DNA of 64,000 nucleotides from the NCBI GenBank assembly GCA_002269645.1, contig NIVC01000942.1, positions 166,325 through 230,324 on the forward strand, written 5' to 3'. Shown piece after piece: positions 11,461-24,200 of this stretch. Numbering within the stretch: position 1 is the first letter of the stretch; every line of letters starts with the position of its first letter. Under the pieces are notes generated by a model. The model was not told the DNA's origin. It saw only the letters and a list, made by a program, of their open reading frames with translations, and did not search any database. Made by a program: the position numbers and the translations under genes. This DNA comes from Macrostomum lignano. Taxonomy: Eukaryota.

Positions 11461-13589
11461 ATGCCACTGCTGGCTGTCACAGAGGAAGAGGTGATCAAGC
11501 GCCGGCTATTGGTGGAAGGCGACTCCGGCCGCGAGGACAAGAAGCTGCAGTACGCTACGCGGCAGCTGGCAGCCTGGCTGGAGGCCGCCCCCGCCCCGGC
11601 CAAAGACGGCCAGACCCTGCAGCAGCTGCTGGTTCACGTGGCCCAACTGGAGGCTGCGATGGGCCGCGCAGCCAGAGCAGAGGAAGTGAACAGGACCGAG
11701 CAGCAGCACTATCGGGCTCTGGGCGACCAGGTTGCCGAGGAGATTCAGGCTGCGGAAGCACGGATTGTGCAGTTGCAGGTGAGCTTGGGTCTCGTCGGAG
11801 AGATCTTTATTCGTGTCTTTCCTTTATTTTTACCACTCTCGGAAGACTGCCCTTAAACACCCCCAGTTGACCCTGTCCTTAAACACCCTCAATAGACCCT
11901 GTCCTTAAACACCCTCAATAGACCCTGTCCTTAAACACCATCCACAGACCCTGTCCTTAAACACCATCCATAGACCCTGTCCTTAAACACCATCCATAGA
12001 CCCTGTCCTTAAACACCATCCACAGACCCTGTCCTTAAGCACCATCCACAGACCCTGTCCTTAAACACCATCCACAGACCCTGTCCTTAAACACCATCCA
12101 CAGACCCTGTCCTTAAACACCATCCATAGACCCTGTCCTTAAGCACCATCCATAGACCCTGTCCTTAAACACCATCCATAGACCCTGTCCTTAAACACCA
12201 TCCATAGACCCTGTCCTTAAACACCATCCACAGACCCTGTCCTTAAACACCATCCATAGACCCTGTCTTTAAACACCCTCAATAGACCCTGTCTTTAAAC
12301 ACCCTTAATAGACCCTGTCTTTAAACACCCTCAATAGACCCTGTCCTTAAACACCCTCAATAGACCCTGTCCTTAAACACCATCCACAGACCCTGTCCTT
12401 AAACACCATCCACAGACCCTGTCCTTAAACACCATCCACAGACCCTGTCCTTAAACACCATCCACAGACCCTGTCCTTAAACACCATCCATAGACCCTGT
12501 CCTTAAACACCATCCATAGACCCTGTCCTTAAACACCATCCATAGACCCTGTCCTTAAACACCATCCACAGACCCTGTCCTTAAACACCATCCACAGACC
12601 CTGTCCTTACACACCATCCATAGACCCTGTCCTTAAACACCATCCATAGACCCTGTCCTTAAACACCATCCACAGACCCTGTCCTTAAACACCATCCACA
12701 GACCCTGTCCTTAAACACCATCCACAGACCCTGTCCTTAAACACCATCCATAGACCCTGTCCTTAAACACCATCCATAGACCCTGTCCTTAAACACCATC
12801 AATAGACCCTGTCCTTAAACACCATCCATAGACCCTGTCCTTAAACACCATCCATAGACCCTGTCCTTAAACACCATCCATAGACCCTGTCCTTAAACAC
12901 CATCCACAGACCCTGTCCTTAAACACCATCCACAGACCCTGTCCTTAAACACCATCCACAGACCCTGTCCTTAAACACCATCCACAGACCCTGTCCTTAA
13001 ACACCATCCACAGACCCTGTCCTTAAACACCATCCATAGACCCTGTCCTTAAACACCATCCATAGACCCTGTCCTTAAACACCATCCATAGACCCTGTCC
13101 TCAATCTCACTGAGTAGTAATTAGCTGCCGAGGCTCCACACATTTGAATCTGTGAACAGCTACTCACGCCGTTTACCTCGCACTAAAATTCTTAACTCTC
13201 AGTCGGAGCTCGAGACGGCCATGCAGTGCCGCCGCAACCGTCAGGAATACGACACCCAGGCCGGCGTGATTCTCGGCCACCCCGACCGCGCCTCAAGTGA
13301 AGCTCGCCTAGCCGAAATGGGCGCCAGACTAGCCAGTTTGCGCCAGACTGACCGGCGCCTCGGCGCCAGGCTGGAAGCGCGCCGGCGCCAGTGCCGCCTG
13401 TTGGCAGCTGCTCTGCGCGATTTCTCGTCAGCCGCCGCGTTTGAAGAAGACGAAGGCGGCGAATCCGGCGACGCGACCGATTTGGAAGTCGAGCCGCCGG
13501 ACGCGTCAGTCGAACCCGAGGAGGCTGCAGCGAATGATGAAGATAAAGATGTTGTAATGCTGAATAAGCCTTCGGCGTCTAGCAGCTAG
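11461..13589 (+). CDS. THOC7: THO complex subunit 7; exons 11461-11778, 13203-13589; 234 aa
   Basis: AVTEEEVIKRRLLVEGD and RRNRQEYD...VILGHPDR...LEARRRQ match recalled THOC7 (AVTDDEVIRKRLLIDGD, RKNRQEYDALAKVIQHHPDR, LELRRKQ); phase-0 GTGAGC...CTCTCAG intron. Confidence 0.94.
11847..13102. repeat. 26-bp minisatellite GACCCTGTCCTTAAACACCATCCA(C/T)A filling the THOC7 intron
   Basis: About 48 near-identical direct units. Confidence 0.97.
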
Positions 13590-14242
13590 CTGTCTTTGGT
13601 TTTGAGGCAAACAGCGAAACTTGCAAGACTGAGAAATCATGTCCCTCTCAACTACTTACTTATCCTAGTAGTATAAATGCCCATGTTTTCTCTTCTAACC
13701 ACAATTATTATGACTTACTAGTTTAAACTAATTGCATTTTGGCGTGTTTCATTAACACGTGGCTTGTTATCAATGTTATCAATAAACATTTGAACAATAA
13801 TAATATCCTGCTCTGTTGCCATCTTGAGGGTCTCTGTTTTGCTAATTTGCAATAGTTAAGTGTCATCATACATATATGATTGTCCAGATGGGGACTCTGT
13901 AGCTCTGTAGCATCAGAGGAGACGGGAATTATTGATATTCATAAAGCTTTTTGTTTAGAAAATTAGGATTTTGTGTTAATTTTTTTATTCTATGTACTGT
14001 ACAATTGCATATGTCTTGCCTAAAAACACCATTAAAATGGCACAGCTCAGCTCATCGGTTTTATGAATCTAGTTTTAAACGAAAAGCTTTTTTGAATATC
14101 AATAGAGCTATAAGAACGACACAACGTATTAAAATATGAGCATTGGGTCTGCCTCCTATCCAAAGCAATAACATTTTTTGTGCTGAAAATTTCCATCTCC
14201 GTAGTGTATTTTTCGGCGAAAACCAGCCTCAAACATTCCCTG

Positions 14243-15115
14243 TCCTTCTGCTTGAGTAGTCCTTGTTCAAAAGATTAAAATTAGGTCTTCCTTCTGCTTG
14301 AGTAGTCCTTGTTCAAAAGATTAACATTGGGTCTTCCTTCTGCTTGAGTAGTCCTTGATCAAAAGATTAACATTAAGTCTGCCTTCCTTCTTAGGTCTTC
14401 CTTCTGCTTGAGTAGTCCTTGGTCAAAAGATTAACATTAAGTCTGCCTTCCTTCTTAGGTCTTCCTTCTGCTTGAGTAGTCCTTGGTCAAAAGATTAACA
14501 TTAAGTCTGCCTTCCTTCTTAGGTCTTCCTTCTGCTTGAGTAGTCCTTGGTCAAAAGATTAACATTAGGTCTTCCTTCTGCTTGAGTAGTCCTTGGTCAA
14601 AAGATTAACATTAGGTCTTCCTTCTGCTTGAGTAGTCCTTGATCAAAAGATTAACATTAGGTCTGCCTTCCTTCTGCTTGAGTAGTCCTTGGTCAAAAGA
14701 TTAATATTGGGTCTTCCTTCTGCTTGAGTAGTCCTTGATCAAAAGATTAACATTGGGTCTTCCTTCTGCTTGAGTAGTCCTTGATCAAAAGATTAACATT
14801 GGGTCTTCCTTCTGCTTGAGTAGTCCTTGATCAAAAGATTAACATTAGGTCTTCCTTCTGCTTGAGTAGTCCTTGATCGAAAGATTAACATCAGGTCTGC
14901 CTTCTTTCTTAGGTTTTCCTTCTGCTTGAGTAGTCCTTGATCGAAAGATTAACATCAGGTCTGCCTTCTTTCTTAGGTTTTCCTTCTGCTTGAGTAGTCC
15001 TTGATCGAAAGATTAACATTAGGTCTGCCTTCTGCTTGAGTAGTCCTTGGTCAAAAGATTAACATCAGGTCTGCCTTCCTTCTTAGGTCTTCCTTCTGCT
15101 TGAGTAGTCCTTGGT
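14243..15115. repeat. ~47-65-bp minisatellite TCCTTCTGCTTGAGTAGTCCTTG(G/A)TCAAAAGATTAACATTAGGTCT between THOC7 and ASK1
   Basis: About 16 direct units with length variants; no unique spacers. Confidence 0.95.
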
Positions 15116-15253
15116 CCGCGTGCGTGCGGCCTGGCCTCGATTTACGTCAGCGCCGCCGCCCCCTTACAAAAAATTATCCAGAAATGTCCCACTACTCTAC
15201 TGCAAGTAGGCTAGAAACGATTTTGACAAGCTAAACTTATTGCAAAATTGCAG

Positions 15254-18200
15254 GCCGCAAGCTTGCACAGCCAGCAGGCTGCCTCGAGCGGTGGCGCTGC
15301 TGCAGCCGCCGCCTCAGCTGCCGGTTCAACATCTGGCGGCTGCGGCTCCGCGTCGCGACTCCGCGTTGTTTGTGTTGTCGACCAGACCGCGCCTCTGGGA
15401 ACCGCCGCCCCGGCGTCGCCGTCATTGACGTCAACGGCTCCCCGTCAGAAGGCGTTCGCCGATGTTGAGCGAGCCTGCAAGCGGTGAGACAACTGAAAAA
15501 ATTGTCTTGGACTATAGGCTTAGTGTGTGCGAGTCTTGACAGAGGAGGGCGAACTCTAGCCCACAAAGCCTCTCTGTCCGGCTCTCGGGTTCTTTGAAAC
15601 TCCACAATAGCTACTCGGCCCGCTCAGGGTCTTTTCTCAGCTCTCCCCTCCTCTCCTCTCCTCTCCTCTCTTTCTCCTCTTTTCTCCTAGCATTTATCTC
15701 TCATCTATTCTCCATTCTCGCCTCTCCTCTCCTTTCTTTTTCATCTCTCTCCTCTATTTCTTCTCCCTTCCTCTCTAATCTGGCCCGCAGACGCGAGCTA
15801 AATTATTTATCTGCCTCTGAGGATAAAAAGTTCGCCTACCCCTGTGATCTAAAAGAATTCTTAGAGGTGTAAGGTTCATTTTGTTTAAACTTTTGATTCG
15901 ACAGCTGCTGACAGCTAAATTCTGCAGTCATGGATAAAAAAGCACTGCTAAAATAAACGATGGAACCGCATAATTTAATAGTTCTATGCTTATTTTATGC
16001 TATACTTTGTCAATGGTAATAATTATCGCAGCCATTTCAATTAGAGCCTATTTTAATTTGCCCAGCTGGTCAAATTTCAAGCCAAATTTGTCGAATTGAA
16101 AGTTTTAAAATTTGAATTGTGCATTTTAAACTGTATAGAATAATATTTAGCACTAAGAAAGCATTTCTATTTATGAAATAAACAAGGCATAGACAATAAT
16201 AGCTGGTGAAATCTGTTAAAAATGTAGCTCGATTTTTAATTCTGTAATAAAAGGCCTGTTTCGCTTTTAAAACGCTTTTTTGTCTGAAAATTGTTTGTAG
16301 CAAAAATAAAAACCTTAGCACCAATTTAGTGTCCTAGACAAGATTTTAGCACCAATTTAGTGTCCTAGACAAGAGTTTGGCACCAATTTAGTGTCCTAGA
16401 CAAGAGTTTGGCACCAATTTAGTGTCCTAGACAAGAGTTTAGCACCAATTTAGTGTCCTAGACAAGAGTTTGGCTCCAATTAAGTGTCCTAGACAAGATT
16501 TTAGCACCAATTTAGTGTCCTAGACAAGAGTTTGGCACCAATTTAGTGTCCTAGACAAGAGTTTAGCTCCAATTTAGTGTCCTAGACAAGAGTTTAGCAC
16601 CAATTTAGTGTCCTAGACAAGAGTTTAGCTCCAATTTAGTGTCCTAGACAAGAGTTTGGCACCAATTTAGTGTCCTAGACAAGAGTTTAGCACCAATTTA
16701 GTGTCCTAGACAAGAGTTTGGCACCAATTTAGTGTCCTAGACAAGAGTTTAGCACCAATTTAGTGTCCTAGACAAGAGTTTAGCACCAATTTAGTGTCCT
16801 AGACAAGAGTTTAGCTCCAATGTAGCATCCTAGAGGTATCCTACTTTAGAGTTTTGCGGCGCAAGCAGGCCTACTAATGAATTCCCAGAAATTTCAACTT
16901 TTACTCCTACAAGATAAGGTTTCAGGCCAGCGCTTTGAGGTCTGATATTATAGTTAGTTAACATTTGGCTGCAATGAACTATAAATAAAAAAAAATACAC
17001 TTTAAAGCCAAGGATTGCACTGGACTCATGACACTACTGTTGTACAGTCGTATTCAGTAGTCACAGCTGGTTTTAGTGTTCTAAATTATAGACATCTGTT
17101 GTTGTTTTTTTCAATCGCCATTTACGCATTGTTTTGTTTGTTTTCGCTTGTCCAACGCAAATTTGAGTCCTAATATGAGTAAATGCTAGTTGAACAGCTG
17201 GGTTGTTTATCGTTGGTTTTGTCAGTACATGCCGATTACCTAATAATTGTCGTTTATTTAACTACGGCTTAGCAAATTTGCTCAGTCCTAACATCCGATT
17301 GTACTAAGCGCAATCATATGGCTTATAGTTGTTACATTGCGCATCTAACCGTTGCACAGGAGCAAAATATATGCAAATTATTAATCATAATCCGCTTTGT
17401 TTCCAGTGTTGGCTTAACCTGCATCAGCTTTGGCCACATCATCAACGATGTGGACACTGCAGCTGAGCTGTTCTACAGTGCTCATGCCGTTATCGTCATG
17501 CTCACCGACTTGGTAATGCAGCTTAGGGATAGGCTTTGGTGTCTGCTGTGGTGTGCGACCCTGCGCTCATGGGAACTTGGGAGCTTTGACCTTCATTTGT
17601 CCTTGCGGGACCTCTGCTAGCGTGTTAGTCTACATGTCGATGATGAGATTCTAATTGGGTCTAGATGATGAGATTCTAATTGGGTCTAGATCATGAGATT
17701 CTAATTGGGTCTAGATCATGAGATTCTAATTGGGTCTAGATGATGAGATTCTAATTGGGTCTAGATCATGAGATTCTAATTGGGTCTAGATGATGAGATT
17801 CTAATTGGGTCTAGATGATGAGATTCTTATTGGGTCTAGATGATGAGATTCTTATTGGGTCTAGATGATGATATTCTAATTGGGTCTAGATGATGATATT
17901 CTAATTGGGTCTAGATGATGAGATTCTAATTGGGTCTAGATGATGATACTCTAATTGGGTCTAGATGATGAGATTCTAATTGGGTCTAGATGATGAGATT
18001 CTAATTGGGTCTAGATGATGAGATTCTAATTGGGTCTAGATGATGAGATTCTAATTGGGTCTAGATGATGAGATTCTAATTGGGTCTAGATGATGAGATT
18101 CTAATTGGGTCTAGATGATGAGATTCTAATTGGGTCTAGATGATGATATTCTAATTGGGTCTAGATGATGAGATTCTAATTGGGTCTAGATGATGAGATT

Positions 18201-21200
18201 CTAATTGGGTCTAGATGATGAGATTCTAATTGGGTCTAGATGATGAGATTCTAATTGGGTCTAGATAATGAGCAAGGCTGATCGCACTGCTGCATGTCTT
18301 GAAGTCTAATACAAAATGTGTTTATTATTAAAGTTTCTTGTGAGAATAGAGGCTTATGTGTTTGTTTCCAGCTTTTTTGTTGTTTTAATTTTTTGTTGAA
18401 GGCGCAGCGCAAATGATAAATAGAATTTTTTGTTATTGCGTTTCAACCGTTATGGCCAGACGAGTACTTTTAGTTTTTTACGGGTTTGTGTAAAATAAAT
18501 ATTAAGTATTAGTCCAGTTAAAGTACTCGCTTGTCTCACACTAACTCTTCCAAGTCTTGGCAGTTTGTGTCAGTTTTATTCCTACTAATCTGGTTAGCTA
18601 TTACTCGCTATGATCTGCGAGGGAGCTGGCGTTTTTGATAGCTTTTTGAAATCCTAACTCACTTCTAATCCACTCTAACCCACATCTAATAGTCCCTAAT
18701 CCACTGCTAGAATGGTCCCTAATCCACTGCTAGAATAGTCCATAATCCACTGCAGAATCGTCCTTAATCCACCTCTAATAGTCCCTAATCCCCCTCTAAT
18801 AGTCCCTAATCCACTGCTTGAATGGTCCCTAATCCACTGCTAAAATGGTCCCTAATCCACTGCTAGAATGGTCCCTAATCCACTGCTAGAATGGTCCCTA
18901 ATCCACTGCTAGAATGGTCCCTAATCCACTGCTAGAATGGTCCCTAATCCACTGCTAGAATGGTCCCTAATCCACTGCTAGAATGGTCCCTAATCCACTG
19001 CTAGAATACGCTCGTAGTTACATATCTACACACATTAGAACAATATGAGGTGGTTAGTGCGGCTCTGGTGCCTGCAGTTATTTTATTTGTTTGTTGTGAA
19101 TCAATGATTTTCTGTTTGGTGTTGTTAATCCCTCAGCAGCAGTTTTATGAGGCTGGTACAAGTGCTGTACTAGTGCAATCCTGGCGTCAGTAAATTATAA
19201 ATATTAATTATGCAATCCATATTTTTGCACAGCTCTATTTATCAGAATTTCAATACGATATCGCTCAAAATTGACACTTCATTAGCAGCCAAATTTTGCG
19301 GAAACTCGGAATCATAAAAAATTATTAATTGATATTTTATTTGCACGGCTAATTCCATTGGTATCTGTTGCTACTGACTAGTTCTCAAGCTTGCAACTTG
19401 CTCTATGCCTTGGCTTTTACCAATTGCTACTTATCAGTAGTGAGGCCTAGATTATCTCTGCTAGCAATTTAATTGGAATTTTGATTTTTTATTTATTGCA
19501 CTAAATTTGCTAACAACAATACAGGTTAGATGTTGAGCTGCATAAGGTCCAGTTCACCCACCTGGACTATGGCACCACTACCGCTCTGCACGAGTTTTAC
19601 AATTCAGAGGTGGCCATAACGGAAATGTCCACCAAGGTTTGTCTTACTGGCGACAGCTGTGAGCAGTCCGCGCGCTGCCCCCCCTTTTTTATCTGCTCTT
19701 GAGACAACCTGTGAACTGGTTCGTTCGTCTTTTGCTTTCTGGGCCAACTGGCGCACGCGGATGGCCCGTTGAAAACGCTACCCGTGACAAGGATCGTTTT
19801 TAAAGAGTCATTGCAAACAACTCACTGGTGACTCAAGCGAGTTGTAGAACCGTTAAAAAAGTCAAACGAAAAAAATCCTCCAAGAGTCGTTGTGTTGGCG
19901 CTTAACTTTCTACTAACTCAAGTAGACTATATAGAGTCGTGATAAATGTGAAATTGTACCGCGAAGTCTTGTCGTTTTTGAGTCGTCTAGAGTCTGGGGC
20001 GACGCAAGTGACTCTTGGGACGTTTCTTGGCCTTTGGTACCGTTTTCATCGGGCACAACAGGATAAGGTTGAGGCCTCGGCTTGCTGTCTCTATGCTTTG
20101 TGCTGTGTGTGTGGTGTGTGTTTTTTGTGTTGCGGAAGCAGCAGGGCCTGGAGATGAAGATGAACGAGAGGGATTGCCGCTATATAACAGCGAGTGTAGC
20201 GCCATGCAAATTCATGCAAATCTCAGACCGAGGACTTGCCTTACCAACCCCCACCCCATCGCCATCGCCATTCTCCACTTCCTCCTTCGCTCCGTTCCTG
20301 AGCAATGCGAGGCTGTGTGTGCGCCTACCAGCCCAGATGATGAGGGGTTTGGCGTCTGACACTCTCAGTTGGCTTAGCAGCGATAATATAGACAGCGGGC
20401 CTATAGCGCATTCTTATCCCTGCCGAGTTATGGGAGTCTGGGCCGCATCGCCCGTCCTAATGGGCGAAATTGGCTGCATCGTTGCTTTTTCCCATTTCTC
20501 TCTCTCTCTTGCTTCCCCCTGTCCTGCTCAAAGCTCCCCCCCCCCAAGGCCAATATTAGTTTTAGTAAATATATGCTGTTACTTACACAGCCTGCCTACG
20601 AATACTTCTATTCAATGGCAACTATACACTGACAGTTCTGACTGATGCACTTGTCATTCGCTAATTTTTTTCATTCTAAATTATCTGATAATTTTTTTAC
20701 TTTTAGAAGAAATCCGCTGCTTTTGTCCTGTTTTTCTTGTCATCTTTTTTTAGGCCTCAGTTAAACCTGTTGCTGCTTGAGCTGGCTTTATTTGTTTTTC
20801 CTGTTTAATTGTTCCTAATTTTTATCAACGCGTCCGCAGGTCCAGCAGTACTCAATCCTGTATCACCTGGGCGTTAGGGAGAGTCTGGGCATGCGGGACA
20901 ACATTATTCTGGTGCACGACCTGAATAAGGATGAGACCGACTCGCTGCGGGTGAGTGCGGCTTTTGGCCTGAGGATTTGGGAGGCTGGCCCAGCAACTGA
21001 GGATCTGGGAGGCTGGCCCAGCAACTGGGGATCTGGGAGGCTGGCCCAGCAACTGAGGATCTGGGAAGCTGGCCCAGCAACTGAGGATCTGGGAGGCTGG
21101 CCCAGAAACTGAGGATCTGGGAGACTGGCCCAGCAACTTAGGATCTGGGAGGCTGGCCCAGCAACTGAGGATCTGAGAGGCTGGCCCAGCAACTGAGGAT

Positions 21201-24200
21201 CTGGGAGGCTGGCCCAGCAACTGAGGGTCTGGGAGGCTGGCCCAGCAACTGAGGGTCTGGGAGGCTGGCCCAGCAACTGAGGGTCTGGGAGGCTGGCCCA
21301 GCAACTGAGGGTCTGGGAGGCTGGCCCAGCAACTGAGGGTCTGGGAGGCTGGCCCAGCAACTGAGGGTCTGTGAGCAGTCTTCTAAAAGCAGCAACCCAG
21401 CAGTCAGCCGCAGCCGCAGCCGCTGCCCCTACCCCGCAGAACTCGCTGTCCGCCTCCTACCGGCTGTTCCCCTACCTGGTGGACGACAGCACGGGCCGAT
21501 GCGTGGTGCCCGACTCGGCCTGCCACAAGCTGCTGCTGACCAACTGCCACACCGGCCACGACCACGGCACAGACTCGCTGCTGCTCACCAAGCTCAAGCG
21601 AGCACTTCGGGAAGTTGAGTCCACCTCGAAGGCGCAGCTGAAGGAGAAATTTCTAGACGATCTTCAGAAGGCCCGACTGGAGTACAAGGGCGACTGCTTG
21701 AAAGAGTTCCTGCGCAGAATGCGATCTAGACTGGACGATCCGGACCTCATCTCGCCGGACATCATACTCAACATGCTGCTCAGCTACCGCAAGGCCCAGG
21801 ACTACTCGGCCATGGTTGGCCTAGTTGAGGAGCTCAAGACTCTGCCGCACGCCAAGCACCTTGTCGACATCGTCAGCATCCAGAACCTGTACGCCTTCGC
21901 GCTTAATCGGCGGAACCGGCCAGGCGATCGCAAGGAAGCTCTCGAGGTGATCCTGCGGGCTGTACAGCGCTGCGACAAGCCGGTGCCGGATATGCTCAGC
22001 CTTGTTGGCCGCATCTATAAGGACATGTTCACCGACTCCGACTACACCGATACTGAGAGCCTGGCGCACGCCACTGAATGGTACCGCAAGGGATTCGAAG
22101 TGAGCATCCTTGAATTGAATTAAGTTTTGCTCGCATTAATATTTGAAGTTCTCTCATTTTCTCGCTTCCCCTTCCCCTCCTTTCTTCCCCTTTCCCCTCC
22201 TTCCTTCCTCTTTCTCTTCCTTCTTCCCCTTTCCCCTCCTTCCTTCCCCTTTCTCTTCCTTCTTCCCTTTCCCTCCTTTCTTCTCCTTTCCCCTCCTTCC
22301 TTCCTCTTTCTCTTCCTTCTTCCCCTTTCCCCTCCTTCCTTCCCCTTTCTCTTCCTTCTTTCCCCTTCCCCTTCTTTCTTCCCCTTTCTCTTCCTTCTTT
22401 CCCCTTCCCCTTCTTTCTTCCCCTTTCTCTTCCTTCTTTCCCCTTCCCCTTCTTTCTTCCCCTTTCTCTTCCTTCTTTCCCCTTCCCCTTCTTTCTTCCC
22501 CTTTCTCTTCCTTCTTTCCCCTTCCCCTTCTGTCTTCCCCTTTCTCTTCCTTCTTCCCCCTTCCCCTTCTTTCTTCCCCTTTCTCTTCCTTCTTTCCCCT
22601 TCCCCTTCTGTCTTCCCCTTTCTCTTCCTTCTTCCCCCTTCCCCTTCTTTCTTCCCCTTTCTCTTCCTTCTTCCCCCTTCCCCTTCTTTCTTCCCCTTTC
22701 TCTTCCTTCTTTCCCCTTCCCCTTCTGTCTTCCCCTTTCTCTTCCTTCTTCCCCCTTCCCCTTCTGTCTTCCCCTTTCTCTTCCTTCTTTCCCCTTCCCC
22801 TTCTTTCTTCCCCTTTCTCTTCCTTCTTTCCCCTTCCCCTTCTTTCTTCCCCTTTCTCTTCCTTCTTCCCCCTTGCCCTTCTTTCTTCCCCTTTCTCTTC
22901 CTTCTTCCCCCTTCCCCTTCTGTCTTCCCCTTTCTCTTCCTTCTTCCCCCTTCCCCTTCTTTCTTCCCCTTTCTCTTCCTTCTTCCCCCTTCCCCTTCTG
23001 TCTTCCCCTTTCTCTTCCTTCTTCCCCCTTGCCCTTCTTTATTCCCCTTTTCTTCATTTCTTCCCCTTTCCACTCCTTTCTTCCCTTCTAATCTTTTGTT
23101 CCCCTTGCTCATCCTTTCTTCCCTTTCTTATTTCTTTCCCTTTCCTTTGATTTCTTCCCCATTCTCTTCCTTTCTTCCCCTTCCCCTCTTTTCTTCCCCT
23201 TTCTCCTTCTTTCTTCCCCTTTCTCTTCCTTTCTTCCCCTTTCCCCTCCTTTCTTCCCCTTTCTCTTCCTTTCTTCCCCTTTCCCCTCCTTTCTGCCCTT
23301 TTCTTCTTCCTCCCCTCTTATATCTTTCTCTCACCGACTGAGCTAGTTGCTAGCTACATGGATTAACCACAATCGCCGCTCTCTCCACAAACAGGTGCAA
23401 CCGAACGAATACTCGGGCATAAACCTGGCCACCCTGCTAGTAGTCTCGGGCCAGGAGCTGAGCTCGAACTCGGAGCTCCAACGCGTGGCTCTGGTGCTCA
23501 ACAACCTGATTGGCAAGAAGGGCTCCCTCCGCGACCTCAAAGACTACTGGGACGTGGCCACGTTCTTCGAGATCAGCGTGCTGGCTGAGAACTATAACAA
23601 AGCCTGTGTAGCGGCCGAGTGCATGTTCAAGCTGGACCCGCCCGCCTGGCACATCAAGTCCACCATCAACAACATCCAGCTCATCAATCGGTTCCGGCAG
23701 AAGAAGGAGATCGAGCGCAGGGAGCCGCAGCCGGCCGTAACGGAGGACCGGCACAAGGAGGCGTTTCACTTCTGGGTGGACTTTTTCAACGCGGCAACCA
23801 CCAGCCAGCCGGGCGGGCCGGCCGCCGGCAGCAAAGACGCTGCAGGGGCGTCGGTGTCGGCCGAAGGCGGAGGCGACAGCAGCCCTCCAGCGGGCCCGGC
23901 CCTCTACCACGTGCTGGTGCAGGAGTCCGACCAGGTGTTCCAACCGAGCTACCTGCAGCTAAACCTGGACGCTGAGCCCCGCTCGCTGGCCCTGTGGTAT
24001 GTCACCAGCGCTGCCGGCAGTGGCGTCGGCGAGCACGCTGAAGATTCCAAAAGCGGCGTCGGCGTCGGCGGCGGCGGCGTCGCCAGCTCGGGCAGCGGCG
24101 ATTGGTTCTTTCCCGAGCACCAGATTCGCCGGATTAGTCTGGCTAAGAAAGATCCCCGCGGAGTCTACCTGTTTGTGCTGTCCGCCGCGGACGACTTCCA

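Noticed and set aside
14243-15115. CRISPR-like appearance of a constant 23-bp core with variable gaps
   Set aside because: The gaps are variants of one sequence, not unique spacers; there are no cas genes and the context is eukaryotic. The same applies to all other arrays.
19544-19566. CAGTTCACCCACCTG in ASK1 exon 2b resembling the SINE CORE motif
   Set aside because: A short match explained by the conserved codons for QFTHL.
22029-23341. Lys/Gly/Glu-rich and Phe/Pro/Leu-rich 330-404-aa ORFs
   Set aside because: Polypyrimidine tract inside a phase-consistent ASK1 intron; stops cannot form from C/T alone.
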